64,000 nucleotides of DNA from Eledone cirrhosa (Eukaryota), in NCBI GenBank assembly GCA_964016885.1, contig OZ024741.1:282348001-282412000 (forward strand), written 5' to 3'. The notes beneath the pieces are model-generated. The model made no database searches. It saw only the letters and a program-made list of their open reading frames with translations, and was not told where the DNA came from. Both the position numbers and the translations under genes were made by a program. How positions within the stretch are numbered: position 1 is the stretch's first letter; each line of letters opens with the position of its first letter. This document shows positions 14,027 through 26,744 of this stretch, piece by piece.

Positions 14027-14663
14027 ATCATCATCATCATCATCATCATCACCGTTTTACGTCCGTTCTTCCACGCTAGCATGGGTTAGATGGGTTGTCC
14101 TGTTGTGGGCAGTGTCTGGTCGGCTGACCATGCCTTGCTCATACAGGAACTGATTTGGCTTGATTTCTACAGCTGGATGCCCTTCCTAACACCAACCTCA
14201 TTTACAGTGAGTGCTGGGTGCTTTTTCGTGGCGCCTACATGTCCACTTTACAGTGTGGGCTGGGTGCTTTTTTGCCATGGCACCTCCACGACCACCTTGC
14301 GGTGGGGGGTGTGGGGACATATTGTCTATATGCTTCAGCTTGTACCCATGGGAGGACGGGTACTCTGTATTACTGCGCGACGCCAGAGGTCACGGTCGTG
14401 TGTCATTGCCTTTGAGAGGTGTAATTGGGTAAGGTCGGCTTTTATAACCTCATCCCAGGTCATCTTGGGTCTCCCCACTCCGCTGTTTACATCGACTTCT
14501 AGTGCTCTGCACCTTTTTATGCAGCTGTCATCCTTCATATGCATCACATGTCCATACCAGCGCAACCGCCTTTGATTCCTCTTATGCTTAGTCTCTCTCT
14601 CAATTCATTTATGCTTTGTAGTTCACGTATATTACTGTTACACATCCATCGGAGCATGCAGGC
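14027..14663 (-). mobile_element. 5'-truncated RTE LINE, family A
   Basis: Near-identical to about 20070-20718 (RWYGHVM..GRPKMTW). (GAT)n tail. 16-bp internal deletion near 14571. Confidence 0.92.
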
Positions 14664-14745
14664 TTAATTCTGAACAAATAACTACAGGGTCAAATGTATA
14701 TATATATATATACACACACACATAGTATATCATTATGGTTGATCA

Positions 14746-14870
14746 AGAGAATGCAGGAATACATTCAATAACCTTATGGTTCCTGACAATAATATGTCTG
14801 GAATTAGAGAATGTAAAAATATAGGAATACATTCAGTAACCATATGGTTCTTGACAATAATAAGTCTGGA
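14746..14870. repeat. Local tandem duplication, period about 68 bp
   Basis: AGGAATACATTCA(A/G)TAACC..ATGGTTC.TGACAATAATA.GTCTGGAAT occurs twice. Confidence 0.85.
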
Positions 14871-16394
14871 ATCAATAGTAAGTTTCCATTGTGTTTAGAG
14901 ATTGCTTCTACAATGGCAGCTGCTAATACATGGTATTTGTTATAGACAGGGTTTGAAAAAAAACAAAAAAACATTAACTGTCCAGCCTAGGTCAGCCTAA
15001 GTCAAGCAAACCTATACTTAAAGACATTCCATTCATGAACATCCTGTCTTTCTGCATCACATGGATTAATTACAGTGCCTTTCCTTTTTTAAGATGCTGA
15101 GTTGTTATTTGAATATCTGGCTGATATTTCTAGCAGGTTGAGTAACCACATAGAGGTTTCCTTGTGAGTCTGTAACCAGTAATATAATCTGTGTTAAATA
15201 TTTGGAAGAAAGAAAGAGGAGAGTAAGGAGTGTTTATATATGTACAAAATATTCAAGTGTATTTTTTTTTCAATAAAGACTTCTATTAGTTCAAAAAGTG
15301 TTTGTGGTGCCTGGTCAGCAGGTTCAAATAAGCTGGGCTACTGACCTCTCAGACAGATAGAAGGTCTGTTATCTCATTTACGTATGGTCTTACATCAGAT
15401 GGTCTCAAAGTGGGCGCTATCCTACCCATGCAAGCATGAAAAAATGGACGTGTGATGATGATGATGATATTACGAACATGGCATTCTAACATCTTTTTAT
15501 TGACAAAATCTTTCTTTAAAGACACACATCTTTCTCTCAGAAAATGTTCAGTGCAACTTCTTGCAAAGTTGTAATTGGATTCTGCTGTCTTAATGTGTAG
15601 CTTAATAAACAATGTTGTACTGAAAAAATACAACTAATCATTATTCACTGCTAAAATATAATCACATAGAAAAGCAAAGTTGAAAAAGGTAAGTGTAATG
15701 ATTTTTATATTTTGTTTTCTTAAGCAAACTATATGGAATAATTGTAGTGTTCAGCAAAGAAAACCACAAGTTTGGCTAGCAAAATATTTTGTTTTCTTGA
15801 TTTTCATTGAATTATAATTTTTCTACTGAATAACATACCTCATTAAAGTAATCAGTTTTGTTTTGTTTCGTTTCAGAAATATTTTCAACCATACTGAGAA
15901 CACATAACAATAGAAATTCTAAAAATTATGAAAATGTAATATTTAATACCACATATTATTTCTGTACAGGTACAATGGCTCTAAGAGATGAGGTGTTGAA
16001 CAACTAGATCAGTAATTATGATTCCATATCTGTTGCAAGCATTTAAATATCAGTTTCAGCTTGCAGAGCTATGTATGAAGTGGGTGGGTGTTGGTGTTCT
16101 CTCATCCATTTAATATTTTGTTTGGAACACCAGTTCTATGAATTTTTATAGTTTGTGGAGATAGTTATCCACTATAATACCATGTGAAGGTGCATGGCTT
16201 AGTGGTTAGAGTATTCAGCCCACAATAATAAAGTCATATGTTCACTTCCTGGGCTAGGCGGCACATTGTGTCCTTGAACAAGACACTATTTCATGTTGCT
16301 CCAGTCCTCTCAACTGGCAAAAATGAGTTGCACCTATAATTCAAAGGGACTACTAGCCTTGTTACTATGTTATCTTGAATCTCTCTGAGAACAA

Positions 16395-16585
16395 TGTGAT
16401 GTCACAACATGTCACAGATCATGTGGTATCACAGCATCTGGTGTTACAGATATCAAGTGGTGTCATATACAGCATCTGTTGTCACAGGTATCAGGTGGTG
16501 CCACAACATCTGGTGTCACAGCATGTGGTGTCACATCACCTGCTGTTACAGCACCTGGTGTCATAGCCATCATGTGGTGTCACAG
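16395..16585. repeat. Minisatellite, about 15-bp unit (CATCTGGTGTCACAG), following an old SINE
   Basis: About 11-12 diverged units. Explains the VVSQHL-type ORFs. Confidence 0.85.
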
Positions 16586-17440
16586 ATTAGTGTTACATTG
16601 AACAAACCTGCTAATCCACCTCTCAAAATGAGAAAAAATAAAATCTACTGAATGGATGACAAAAGCAGAGGCCAAATGATATGTAAATGATACAAAAATT
16701 ATCATATCAATTAACTAACTAGGCATGGCTGTGTGGTTAAGGATTTTGCTCTGCAATCATTTATTTACAGGTTCAATCCCACTGTGTGGTTGCTTGGGCA
16801 AGTTTTTTTATACTATAACCTCAGGTTTACCAATGACTTGTAAGTGGAATTTGGTAGACAGAAAATACAGAGTCCCATTCTGTGTGTGTGTATGTTTGTC
16901 CATATGTGCACATATGTGAGTGTGTATGTTTGTCCGTATGTGCACATATGTGAGTGTGTATGAATCTGTTTGTTTATGTCCTATAACTTCAATATAATAA
17001 GTACCAAGCTTGAAAAAATAAGTGCTGGTTTTGATATGATGGAATATATGAAGAGGTGACCCAGTATACTGACAGAAACAAGTAAAAGAATAAAAAAATA
17101 CTCCTTTTCCTGATCCAAAGCTGCTTGTTGCTGACAAAGCATTTCAAATATTTAGTGATGTTTCAAGTCATTGTCAGGTGAATCTCTAGTATAAAAGTGA
17201 TATTTTAATTATATCCGGAGTTGTATAATGTACACAAATGACAATCTTATAAAAACATGAACCAAGAATAAAACTTATTTAAAAATGCTACATTTGATGT
17301 TGTCAGAAAAGAATTCCATTTGAAATTTCATTCAAACTAGTTTGATGTGTTGCAGTTCTGTTACAATACGTCCACAAGGACCTTAACTGAAAATTCTAAG
17401 ATGGCTAAAATAATACAAATAATATATCATTATCATCATC

Positions 17441-17620
17441 GTGAATTGGCAGTATCGGTAGAGGGTTGGATACCATGCTTTCCAGCATAGTTATGGCCCT
17501 TGCCATTCTGAGTTCAAATCCCGCCGAGGTTAACTTTGCCTTTCATCCTTACGGGGTCGATAAAATAAAGTACCAGTAATGTACTGGGTAATTGCTGGCC
17601 TTGTGCCTAAAGTAGAAACA
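17441..17620 (+). mobile_element. tRNA-derived SINE with Meta-like central domain and 12-bp TSD
   Basis: B box GAGTTCAAATCCC. Central GCCTTTCATCCTTACGGGGTCGATAAAAT. TSD ATTATCATCATC at 17429-17440 and 17621-17632, inserted in the tail of an RTE fragment. Confidence 0.88.
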
Positions 17621-17632
17621 ATTATCATCATC

Positions 17633-18175
17633 CTTTTAAATCCACATTGCCATGTTTGCATGAGTTAAATGGGTCCTGTTCAGCACAGCCTCCTTCCACT
17701 CATAGCATTCCTTCATCATCTCCTCTGGGAAGTTCAGTGCTTTGAGATCAACTCTAAACACTTCGTCCCAAATCTTTCTGGGTCTTCTACAGCAGCTTCC
17801 TTCAACTGGGATCTCCTGGCACTTCTCTACCAAGCAATCCTCATCCATACACATCACATAGCCAAATAAGTGCAGTCGTCTCTCTTGCACACTACATTTT
17901 GTGGGCTGGGAGCTTTTTGTCGTGATATCTACACGACCACTTTACAGTATGGGCTGGGAGCCTTTTGTTGTGAAACCTACATGACCACTTTATAGTGTGG
18001 GCTGGATGCTTTTTGTTGTGATACTAACATAACTTTACAGTGGTGTGAACAGAAGTGGGTGGGTGGGTATTGGGGTGTGGGAGGTGTATGGAAGGGGGAA
18101 TAGTGGTTAAGAGATGCCTACTATGTTTTAGTCTGTGAGTCCGTGTGCATGGGAAGGCAGGTCCTCTGTATTACT
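17633..18175 (-). mobile_element. Old RTE LINE 3' fragments
   Basis: ORF 17636-17890 (QERRLHLFGYVMCM..RPRKIWDEV), followed by tandem 3'UTR repeats. Confidence 0.78.
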
Positions 18176-18196
18176 TCATTATATATATATATATAT

Positions 18197-18538
18197 GGAG
18201 GCACATGGCTTAGTGGTTAGGGCATTGGCCTTGCAATCGAAAGGTTGTGAGTTCAATTCTCAGACCGGGTGATGTGTTGTTTTCTTGAGCAAGACACTTT
18301 ATTTCATATTGCTCCAGTTAACTCAGCTGTAGAAATGAGATGATAGGGAGTGGGGTTCATATCATTCCACTGCAAAGTGGTCGTGGAGGTGCCACGGCAA
18401 AAAAGCACCCAGCACTCACTGTAAATGAGGTTGGTGTTAGGAAGGGCATCCAGCTGTAGAAATCAAGTCAGAATCAGTTCCCGTCCAACCCTTGCAAGCA
18501 GGGAAAATGCGGACGTAAAAATGAAATGAATGAATGAT
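18197..18538 (+). mobile_element. tRNA/CORE SINE with RTE tail (second copy)
   Basis: Highly similar to 13667-14022, with one fewer tail subrepeat. Confidence 0.88.
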
Positions 18539-18859
18539 AATGTCCCTTTTATGGTTGATAAATTTGTTTCTTGTCGAACTACAACACAGATCATGAATTT
18601 TTTTAAAGATAACGAAGAAACAAACCCCCCCAATCATTCCAATTGATTGACTTTTTCATTTTTCCTTGTTTATTTATTTAGTTGTTGTGGTTTCTAAAAC
18701 AAGTTTGTTATCAGCAAAACTCCCTCTTTGCTTCAATAAACTCATTAGGCATAAGTTTTAAAGACCAGTGTTTAGAACTAGGCTTATAGTACTATTTAAC
18801 ATTTTATACAATAATGGGAATAATATGTTTTTTTTCTCATATTTCAATCTCTCTTTCTT

Positions 18860-18937
<78 letters not shown>

Positions 18938-19012
18938 TATTATATAATAATATATATAATATATATATTATATAATAATATATATAATATATATATAATA
19001 TATATATATATA

Positions 19013-20718
19013 ACATGAAAGTAACAGAAAGAGTTATAGCACAGCTGATTAGGGACCGGGTGAATATAGACGAGATGCAATTTGGGTTTGTTCCAGGGAA
19101 AGGCACCACTGATGCGCTCTTCCTTGTGAGGCAATTACAGGAAAAGTACCTGGCTAAGGGTAAGCCACTCTGCTTGGCATTTGTCGACCTTGAGAGGGCC
19201 TTTGACAGAGTTCCACGTGCAGTAATCTGGTGGGCTCTTAGAAAACTAGGAGTAGATGAATGGCTTGTGAAAGCGGTACAAGCCATGTATAGGGGAGCAG
19301 TCAGCAAAGTTAGGATTGGCAATGAGTATAGCGAGGAATTTAGCGTACAGGTTGGGGTCCACCAGGGCTCTGTTCTTAGCCCTCTCCTGTTCATCATAGT
19401 CCTGCAGGCAATAACGGAGGAGTTTAAGACCGGATGCCCATGGGAACTCCTGTATGCTGATGACCTCGCACTCATAGCTGAATCTATGGTAGAACTAGAG
19501 AATAAATTCCAAACCTGGAAGCAGGGACTAGAGAGAAAGGGCCTCAAAGTCAACATGACAAAGACTAAGGTCCTTATAAGTAGACGAGAAAACAGAACCC
19601 AGATCCCCTCAGGGAAATGGCCTTGCTCAGTATGTAGGAAAGGTGTAGGTAGGAACTCCATTCTTTGCCCCAAATGCAAACAATGGGTACACAAGAGATG
19701 TAGCGGGATCTCAGGAAGCCTAATTAAGAATGTAGGATTCACATGCAGCAGCTGTGCTGAAACAGCAAGCAAACAGCCACAGGAAACAAGTACCACCAAT
19801 CTCTGGGAGGGCCCTGTAGAAACAGTAGACAGCTTCTGCTACCTAGGTGACCGAATTAGCAACGGAGGTGGGTGCTCAGAAAGTACAATAACTAGGGTAA
19901 GAACGGGATGGAAGAAGTTTAGGGAACTACTACCACTGCTAGCTGCAAAAGGCTTCTCCCTCAGAATGAAAGGCAGACTGTATGATGCGTGTATCCGAAC
20001 AGCGATGTTGCATGGTAGTGAGACCTGGGCGCTGAAGGTGGAAGACCTACGTAGATTAGAGAGAAACGAAGCCTGCATGCTCCGATGGATGTGTAACAGT
20101 AATATACGTGAACGACAAAGCATAAATGAATTGAGAGAGAGACTGAGCATAAGAGGAATCAAATGCTGCGTGCAGGAGAGGCGGTTACGCTGGTATGGAC
20201 ATGTGATGCGTATGAAGGATGACAGCTGCATAAAAAGGTGCAGAGCACTAGAAGTTGATGGAAACCGCGGAGTGGGGAGACCCAAGATGACTTGGGATGA
20301 GGTGATAAAAGCCGACCTTACCCAACTACACCTCTCAAAGTCAATGACACACGACCGTGACTTCTGGCGTCACGCAGTAATACAGGGTACCCGACCTCCC
20401 ATGGGTACATGCTGAAGCATATAAACAATATGCCCCCCCCCCCCACCGCAAGGTGGTCGTGGAGGTGCCACGGCAAAAAAGCACCCAGCCCACACTGTAA
20501 AGTGGACGTGTAGGCGCCACGAAAAAGCACCCAGCACTCACTGTAAATGAGGTTGGTGTTAGGAAGGGCATCCAGCTGTAGAAATCAAGCCAGATCAGTT
20601 CCTGTATGAGCAAGGCATGGTCAGCCGACCAGACACTGCCCACAACAGGACAACCCGTCTAACCCATGCTAGCGTGGAAGAACGGACGTAAAACGGTGAT
20701 GATGATGATGATGATGAT
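19013..20718 (+). mobile_element. 5'-truncated RTE-clade LINE, family A (young)
   Basis: Uninterrupted RT ORF, 3'UTR with about 45-bp subrepeats and a terminal stem-loop, (GAT)n tail. Flanked by AT microsatellites. Confidence 0.95.
19015..20415 (+). CDS. RTE reverse transcriptase (N-terminally truncated) with embedded PHD-type finger
   Basis: Motifs QFGF, FVDLERAFD, GVHQGSVLSPLLF, YADD, GLKVN..KTK, FCYLG and RLRWYGHV. C4HC3 finger at 19624-19755. Confidence 0.93.
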   Translation: MKVTERVIAQLIRDRVNIDEMQFGFVPGKGTTDALFLVRQLQEKYLAKGKPLCLAFVDLERAFDRVPRAVIWWALRKLGVDEWLVKAVQAMYRGAVSKVRIGNEYSEEFSVQVGVHQGSVLSPLLFIIVLQAITEEFKTGCPWELLYADDLALIAESMVELENKFQTWKQGLERKGLKVNMTKTKVLISRRENRTQIPSGKWPCSVCRKGVGRNSILCPKCKQWVHKRCSGISGSLIKNVGFTCSSCAETASKQPQETSTTNLWEGPVETVDSFCYLGDRISNGGGCSESTITRVRTGWKKFRELLPLLAAKGFSLRMKGRLYDACIRTAMLHGSETWALKVEDLRRLERNEACMLRWMCNSNIRERQSINELRERLSIRGIKCCVQERRLRWYGHVMRMKDDSCIKRCRALEVDGNRGVGRPKMTWDEVIKADLTQLHLSKSMTHDRDFWRHAVIQGTRPPMGTC

Positions 20719-21291
20719 AATATATATAATATATATATAATATATATATATATATAATATATATAATATATATAATATATATATAATATATATAATATAT
20801 ATAATATATATATATATATATAATATATAATATATATATATAATATATATATATAATATATATATATATATAATATGTAATATATATTATATATATATAA
20901 TATATAATATATATTATATATATATAATATAATATATATAATATATATATAATATATATATAGAATATATATATATATATATTATATATATATATAATAT
21001 AATATATATATATATATATAATATATATATAGAATATATATATATATATATTATATATATATATAATATAATATATATATATATATATAATATAATATAT
21101 ATATATAATATAATATATATATATATATATATATAATATAATATATATATATATATATATATATAATATAATATATATATATATATAATATAATATATAA
21201 TATAATATATATATATATATAATATAATATATATATATATAATATAATATATATATATGTAATATAATATATATATATATATATATATATA
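20719..21291. repeat. Complex (TA)n/(TAA) microsatellite
   Basis: Almost pure A/T tract between the two RTE tails. Confidence 0.95.
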
Positions 21292-24200
21292 ATCATCATC
21301 GTTTAACGTCCATGTTCCACGCTTGCATGGGTTTGGACGGGAGTTTTCAAACTTGAGGCAAGAGTGGTTGTCTTGCTCGTATAGGACTGTCTGGCGGGTT
21401 TTCTACAGCTGGATGCCCTTCCTAACACCAACCACATTTACAGTGTGGGACTGGGAGGTTTTTACCGTGTTGCCTACACGGCCACATTACAGCGTGGACT
21501 GTGTGTTTTTTTGTCGTGACACATACACGATCTCATTTGTTTCGGCCTGGATGTTGTGGCACCAACATACTTTACATTGAAAGGGGCGGTGTGGATGGGG
21601 TGGGGGAGGTGTGACGGGGGCGTATTTTGTTAGAGATGCCTACTGACTGTAGTAGGTTTACTTTGTATTTAGGCAAGGCGGGTCTTCTCAATTACTGAGT
21701 ACCGCCAAAGATCTCGGTCCAGTGACATTGTCTTGGAGAGGTGTAAGTGTGTGAGGTCTGAATTTATCAGGTCGTCCCAGGTTTTTCTGGGTCTGCCTAA
21801 TCCGTGGCTACCGTCTATCTTTATTGCCCTGCACTTTTTTATACAGCTGTTGTCTTTCATGCGCATCACGTGACCATACCAACGTAGCCTTCTCTCGAGT
21901 AAACAACATCTGATCCCTCTTATTTCTAATTTTCCCCTTAGTTCGTTTATGCTTTGCCGTTCACGTATATTACTATTACACATCCAGCGGAGCATGCAAG
22001 CTTCGTTCCTCTCTAGTCTGCGTATATCTTCTGCACACAATGCCCAGGTCTCACTGCCATGCAACATTGCTGTTCGTATGCAGGCATCATACAACCTGCC
22101 TTTCATTTTTAGGGAGAACGCTTTAGCGGCTAATAGTGGTATAAGCTCTCTGAACTTTTTCCATCCAGTTCTGACTCTAGCTACTGTACTTTCAGAGCAC
22201 CCTCCCCCACTGCTGATTTTGTCACCCAGGTAATGGAAGCTGTCCACTATTTCTATAGAACCCTCTGCGCAATTGAAAGAGCTAGTATTTCGTGGGCACT
22301 TGCTGCTACTTATTGCACCAGAGCACCGGCCACATGTAAAATCTATGTTCTTAGTTAGCTTACCTGTGATCCCACTACATCTTTTATGCACCCATACTTT
22401 GCATTTGGGACATAAAATGGAGTTTCTATCTACGCCTTTCCTACACACTGAGCATGGCCATTTCCCGGATGGGACCGGCGCCTTATTTTCTTTCCTTCAA
22501 ACTAGAACTTTAGTCTTAGCCAGGTTAATTTTAAGGCCTTTTGATTCTAGGCCGTGCTTCCATGTTTGGAATTTCTTCTCTAGCTCGGCCATTGATTCAG
22601 CTATGAGCGTTAGATCATCTGCGTATAGGAGTTCCCATGGGCAGCCGGTCTTGAACTCCACTGTTATAGCCTGAAGGGCAATAATAAATAGTAGGGGGCT
22701 AAGAACAGAGCCCTGATGAACACCAACTTTTACACTAAACTCTTCACTATATTCGTTGTTAATTCTAACCTTGCTCACTGTTTCTTTATACATGGCTTGT
22801 ATAGCTCTCACAAGCCATTCGTCAACACCTAGTTTTCTAAGAGCCCACCAGATAATGGATCGGGGGACTCTGTCGAAGGCTTTCTCCAAGTCAACAAAAG
22901 CTAAGTATAGGGGTTTACTTTTAGCTAGGTACTTCTCCTGTAGTTGTCGTACAATGAAAATAGCGTCTGTGGTACTTTTGCCTGACACAAACCCGAACTG
23001 CATTTCATCTAGATCAATTCTCTCTCTGATTAGTTGCGCTATTACTTTTTCCGTGACCTTCATGACCTGGTCGATTAATTTAATGCCTCTATAGTTACTC
23101 CTATCTAGGGCATCTCCTTTACCCTTGTAACAGTTAATGATGATGCTGCTACGTCAGTCCTTCGGAACAACCCCATTCTGTACGACTTGGTTTACTATCC
23201 GGGTGACCAAGGTGTGTCCCAACGTTCGAGATGCCTTCAGCATCTCAGCAACTATTTCCGAAGGTCCAGCCGCCTTACCCATCTTCATATCTTTGATTGC
23301 CTTACTTATTATACTACCTTCGACTAACACTGCTGGTCCCTCTATTGGGTCGATGTGGGGGAGACTGTCTTTCTCCCATTTATTCTCCTCATTTAGAAGC
23401 CTTTCGTAGTGACACTTCCAAGCTACCTTCTTATCAGCGTCAGTGATGGCAAGTACGCCATCATCATTAAGTACACACTTCTCCCCGACAATATCACAGT
23501 TTTCCTTGACACATTGCCTAGCAATCCTGAACACCTCACGTTTTTGGTCCTCACGTTGTAGAACATGCTTGAACTTTCTTTCCTCTGCTTCCCTTCTTGC
23601 GAAGTACACTTGTCTCCTAGCTTCCCTCCTGGCCACTTGATAGTCTTCTCTACTTCCCCCATCCCGCCATACTTTCCAAGCCTGCTTTTTGGCCTTAATT
23701 GACTCCTCCACCTTACTGTTCCACCACCATGTTACTCTCCTCCTACCTACAGGCCTGCTCCAGCCACAGACTTCGTCTGCCGCCGTCAGCAGGTTTGCTT
23801 TCAGGAATTCCCACTGTTCCTGTATATTATATGACTCTAATTGCTCTTCCTTACTATCGAAAGCATCAAGTAATATGCTTTGAAATTTATTTCTGGTTGT
23901 GGGGCCCTTTCGCTTCCATATTTTTCTCCTGAGGATAGTCCTCTTCTGCTGTCTAGTACGTCTCGTCCTGACTATGAGGTCGCTAATTATCAGTCTATGT
24001 TGGGAGGTGCATTCTTCATGGGGGAGGGATTTAGTGTTTACAACAGACACTCTGTCACGTCTTCTGGTAAGGATATAATCTACCTGGCTTGTGTGTTCCC
24101 CCGATCTATAGGTGATCAAGTGATTGTCTCCTTATTTGAAGTTAGTGTTACAGATAGTTAGGTTATTTGCGTCACAGAATTCCAGGATTCTGGAGTCTTC

Positions 24201-25190
24201 CTCATTTCTAGTACCGAAACCATAGCCTCCATGGATTCCGTCATAGCCGTCACAATGTTGTCCAATGTGACCATTTAGGTTGCCTGCAATAATTATATAG
24301 TCACTGTCGGTTATTTGGGAGGTGGCGAGCATCAGTGTCTCATAGAATCTGTCTTTTATAGTGCCGGACAGTCCGGATTGGGGTGCGTACGCATATATTA
24401 CTGTCACCGTAGTTCTATTGAGGACAAGTCTTATTTTAATTATTCTGTCGTTCTATTTACGTCTATTATCTTATCTGCCTACTTTTCTGCTACCATGATT
24501 CCTACTCCACCCAGCCCATTGTCATTTCCCACCCAGAAAAGCTTATAGCATCGTTTTTTACCCACGATGAATCTAGCAGACCCGCCCCTCCACCTGGTCT
24601 CTTGAATACAACAAACATTGACCTCCTTACGTTCAAGCATTTCTACAACCTCGTTAGAGCGAACCTTTAAGGTGCCTACATTCATGGTACCAACTCTGAA
24701 GTTTTGGATTGCGTTTGGAGGGTGGGGCGCGGGGGGGAGGGGGAGAGATGGGGTTATATTAGCCATCCGCGACCGAAACAAGGAGGAATGCTTGTATTCT
24801 CGTCCACGAGGTGAATTTGTCTTTGGCATTGTCACTGAGCGTCCAGATTTTTCTCTCTTCAACTCTCCAGAATTCCGTAGTCCATCCATCATATCGAAAG
24901 GCAACCAGGTAAGCGATAGTATAGGCCTCGGACTTATGATTGGTCCACGTAATAATGGTGGTGCGTGGGGGCGGGAGGGATGTTGGGTAGTTAGCGAGAA
25001 GGTAAGGTTATAAATAAGATCCCCCGTATTTTGGGCTTAATTTAACAAGCATAAACAAAAATACAAGATTTGTTTTGGAAAATACGACAGTGTATCGAGT
25101 AGAAAGACAAAGATTGGAAAAAATGATAGAGAATGGCGAATGAATGGCCGAATAAATTAAAATGGAGAGGAGAATGGAGAAAATATATGT
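21292..25190 (-). mobile_element. Near full-length, decayed RTE LINE, family B (APE endonuclease + RT + PHD)
   Basis: APE motifs GTMNVGTL, CIQETRW, IIAGNLNGH, SQVDYIL, SQHRL. RT motifs QFGF, DLEKAFD, GVHQGSVLSP, YADD. Stops near 24479, 24132 and 23154; frameshifts near 24440 and 22497. 5' boundary approximate. Confidence 0.95.
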
Positions 25191-25288
25191 ACGTTACATT
25201 ATACCATGGAAACAGCCATACCAGAATAGGGATTTGGCGATTCTGAATTTTTCGTACTTGGTAGAGTTTATCTTATATGTATAGTACA

Positions 25289-26501
25289 ATATATATATAT
25301 ATATATATAATATAATATATATATATATAATATAATATATATATATATAATATAATATTATATATATATATAATATAATATATATATATATATATAATAT
25401 AATATATATATATATAATATAATATATAATATATATATATATAATATAATATATATATAATATAATATATATATATATAATATAATATATATATAATATA
25501 ATATATATATAATATAATATATATATAATATAATATATAATATAATATAATATATAATATAATATAATATATAATATAATATATATATAATATATATATA
25601 TATATAATATAATATATATATATATATAATATAATATATATATAATATAATATATAATATAATATATATATAATATAATATATATATAATATAATATATA
25701 TATATATATAATATAATATATATATATATATATAAAATATAATATATATATATATATATATAAAATATAATATATATATATATATATAAAATATAATATA
25801 TATATATATATAACATATATATAATATATATAATATATATATATAATATAATATATATATATATAATATAATATATATATATAATATAATATATAATATA
25901 ATATATATATATAATATAATATATATAATATAATATATATAATATAATATAATATATATAATATAATATAATATATATAATATAATATAATATATATAAT
26001 ATAATATAATATATATATATAATATAATATATATAATATAATATAATATATATATATATAATATAATATATATATATAATATAATATATATATATAATAT
26101 ATATAATATAATATAATATATATAATATAATATAATATAATATATATATATAATATAATATATATAATATAATATAATATATATATATAATATAATATAA
26201 TATATATAATATAATATAATATATATAATATAATATAATATATATAATATAATATATATATATATATATATAATATATATAATATAATATAATATATATA
26301 ATATAATATATATAATATAATATAATATATATAATATAATATAATATATATAATATAATATATATAATATAATATATATAATATAATATATATAATATAA
26401 TATATATAATATAATATATATAATATAATATATATAATATAATATATATATATAATATATATAATATAATATATATATATATATATAATATATATAATAT
26501 A

Positions 26502-26562
<61 letters not shown>

Positions 26563-26581
26563 ATATATATAATATATATAT

Positions 26582-26634
<53 letters not shown>

Positions 26635-26640
26635 ATATAT

Positions 26641-26674
<34 letters not shown>

Positions 26675-26700
26675 ATATATATAATATATAATATATATAT

Positions 26701-26741
<41 letters not shown>
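25289..26741. repeat. About 1.45-kb AT-only compound microsatellite
   Basis: (AT)n interspersed with ATAAT units. Confidence 0.97.

Positions 26742-26744
<3 letters not shown>

Noticed and set aside
18837-20285. Antisense ORFs of 320 and 148 aa (also at 21949-23094 and 60480-61340)
   Set aside because: Shadow frames opposite the RTE ORF.
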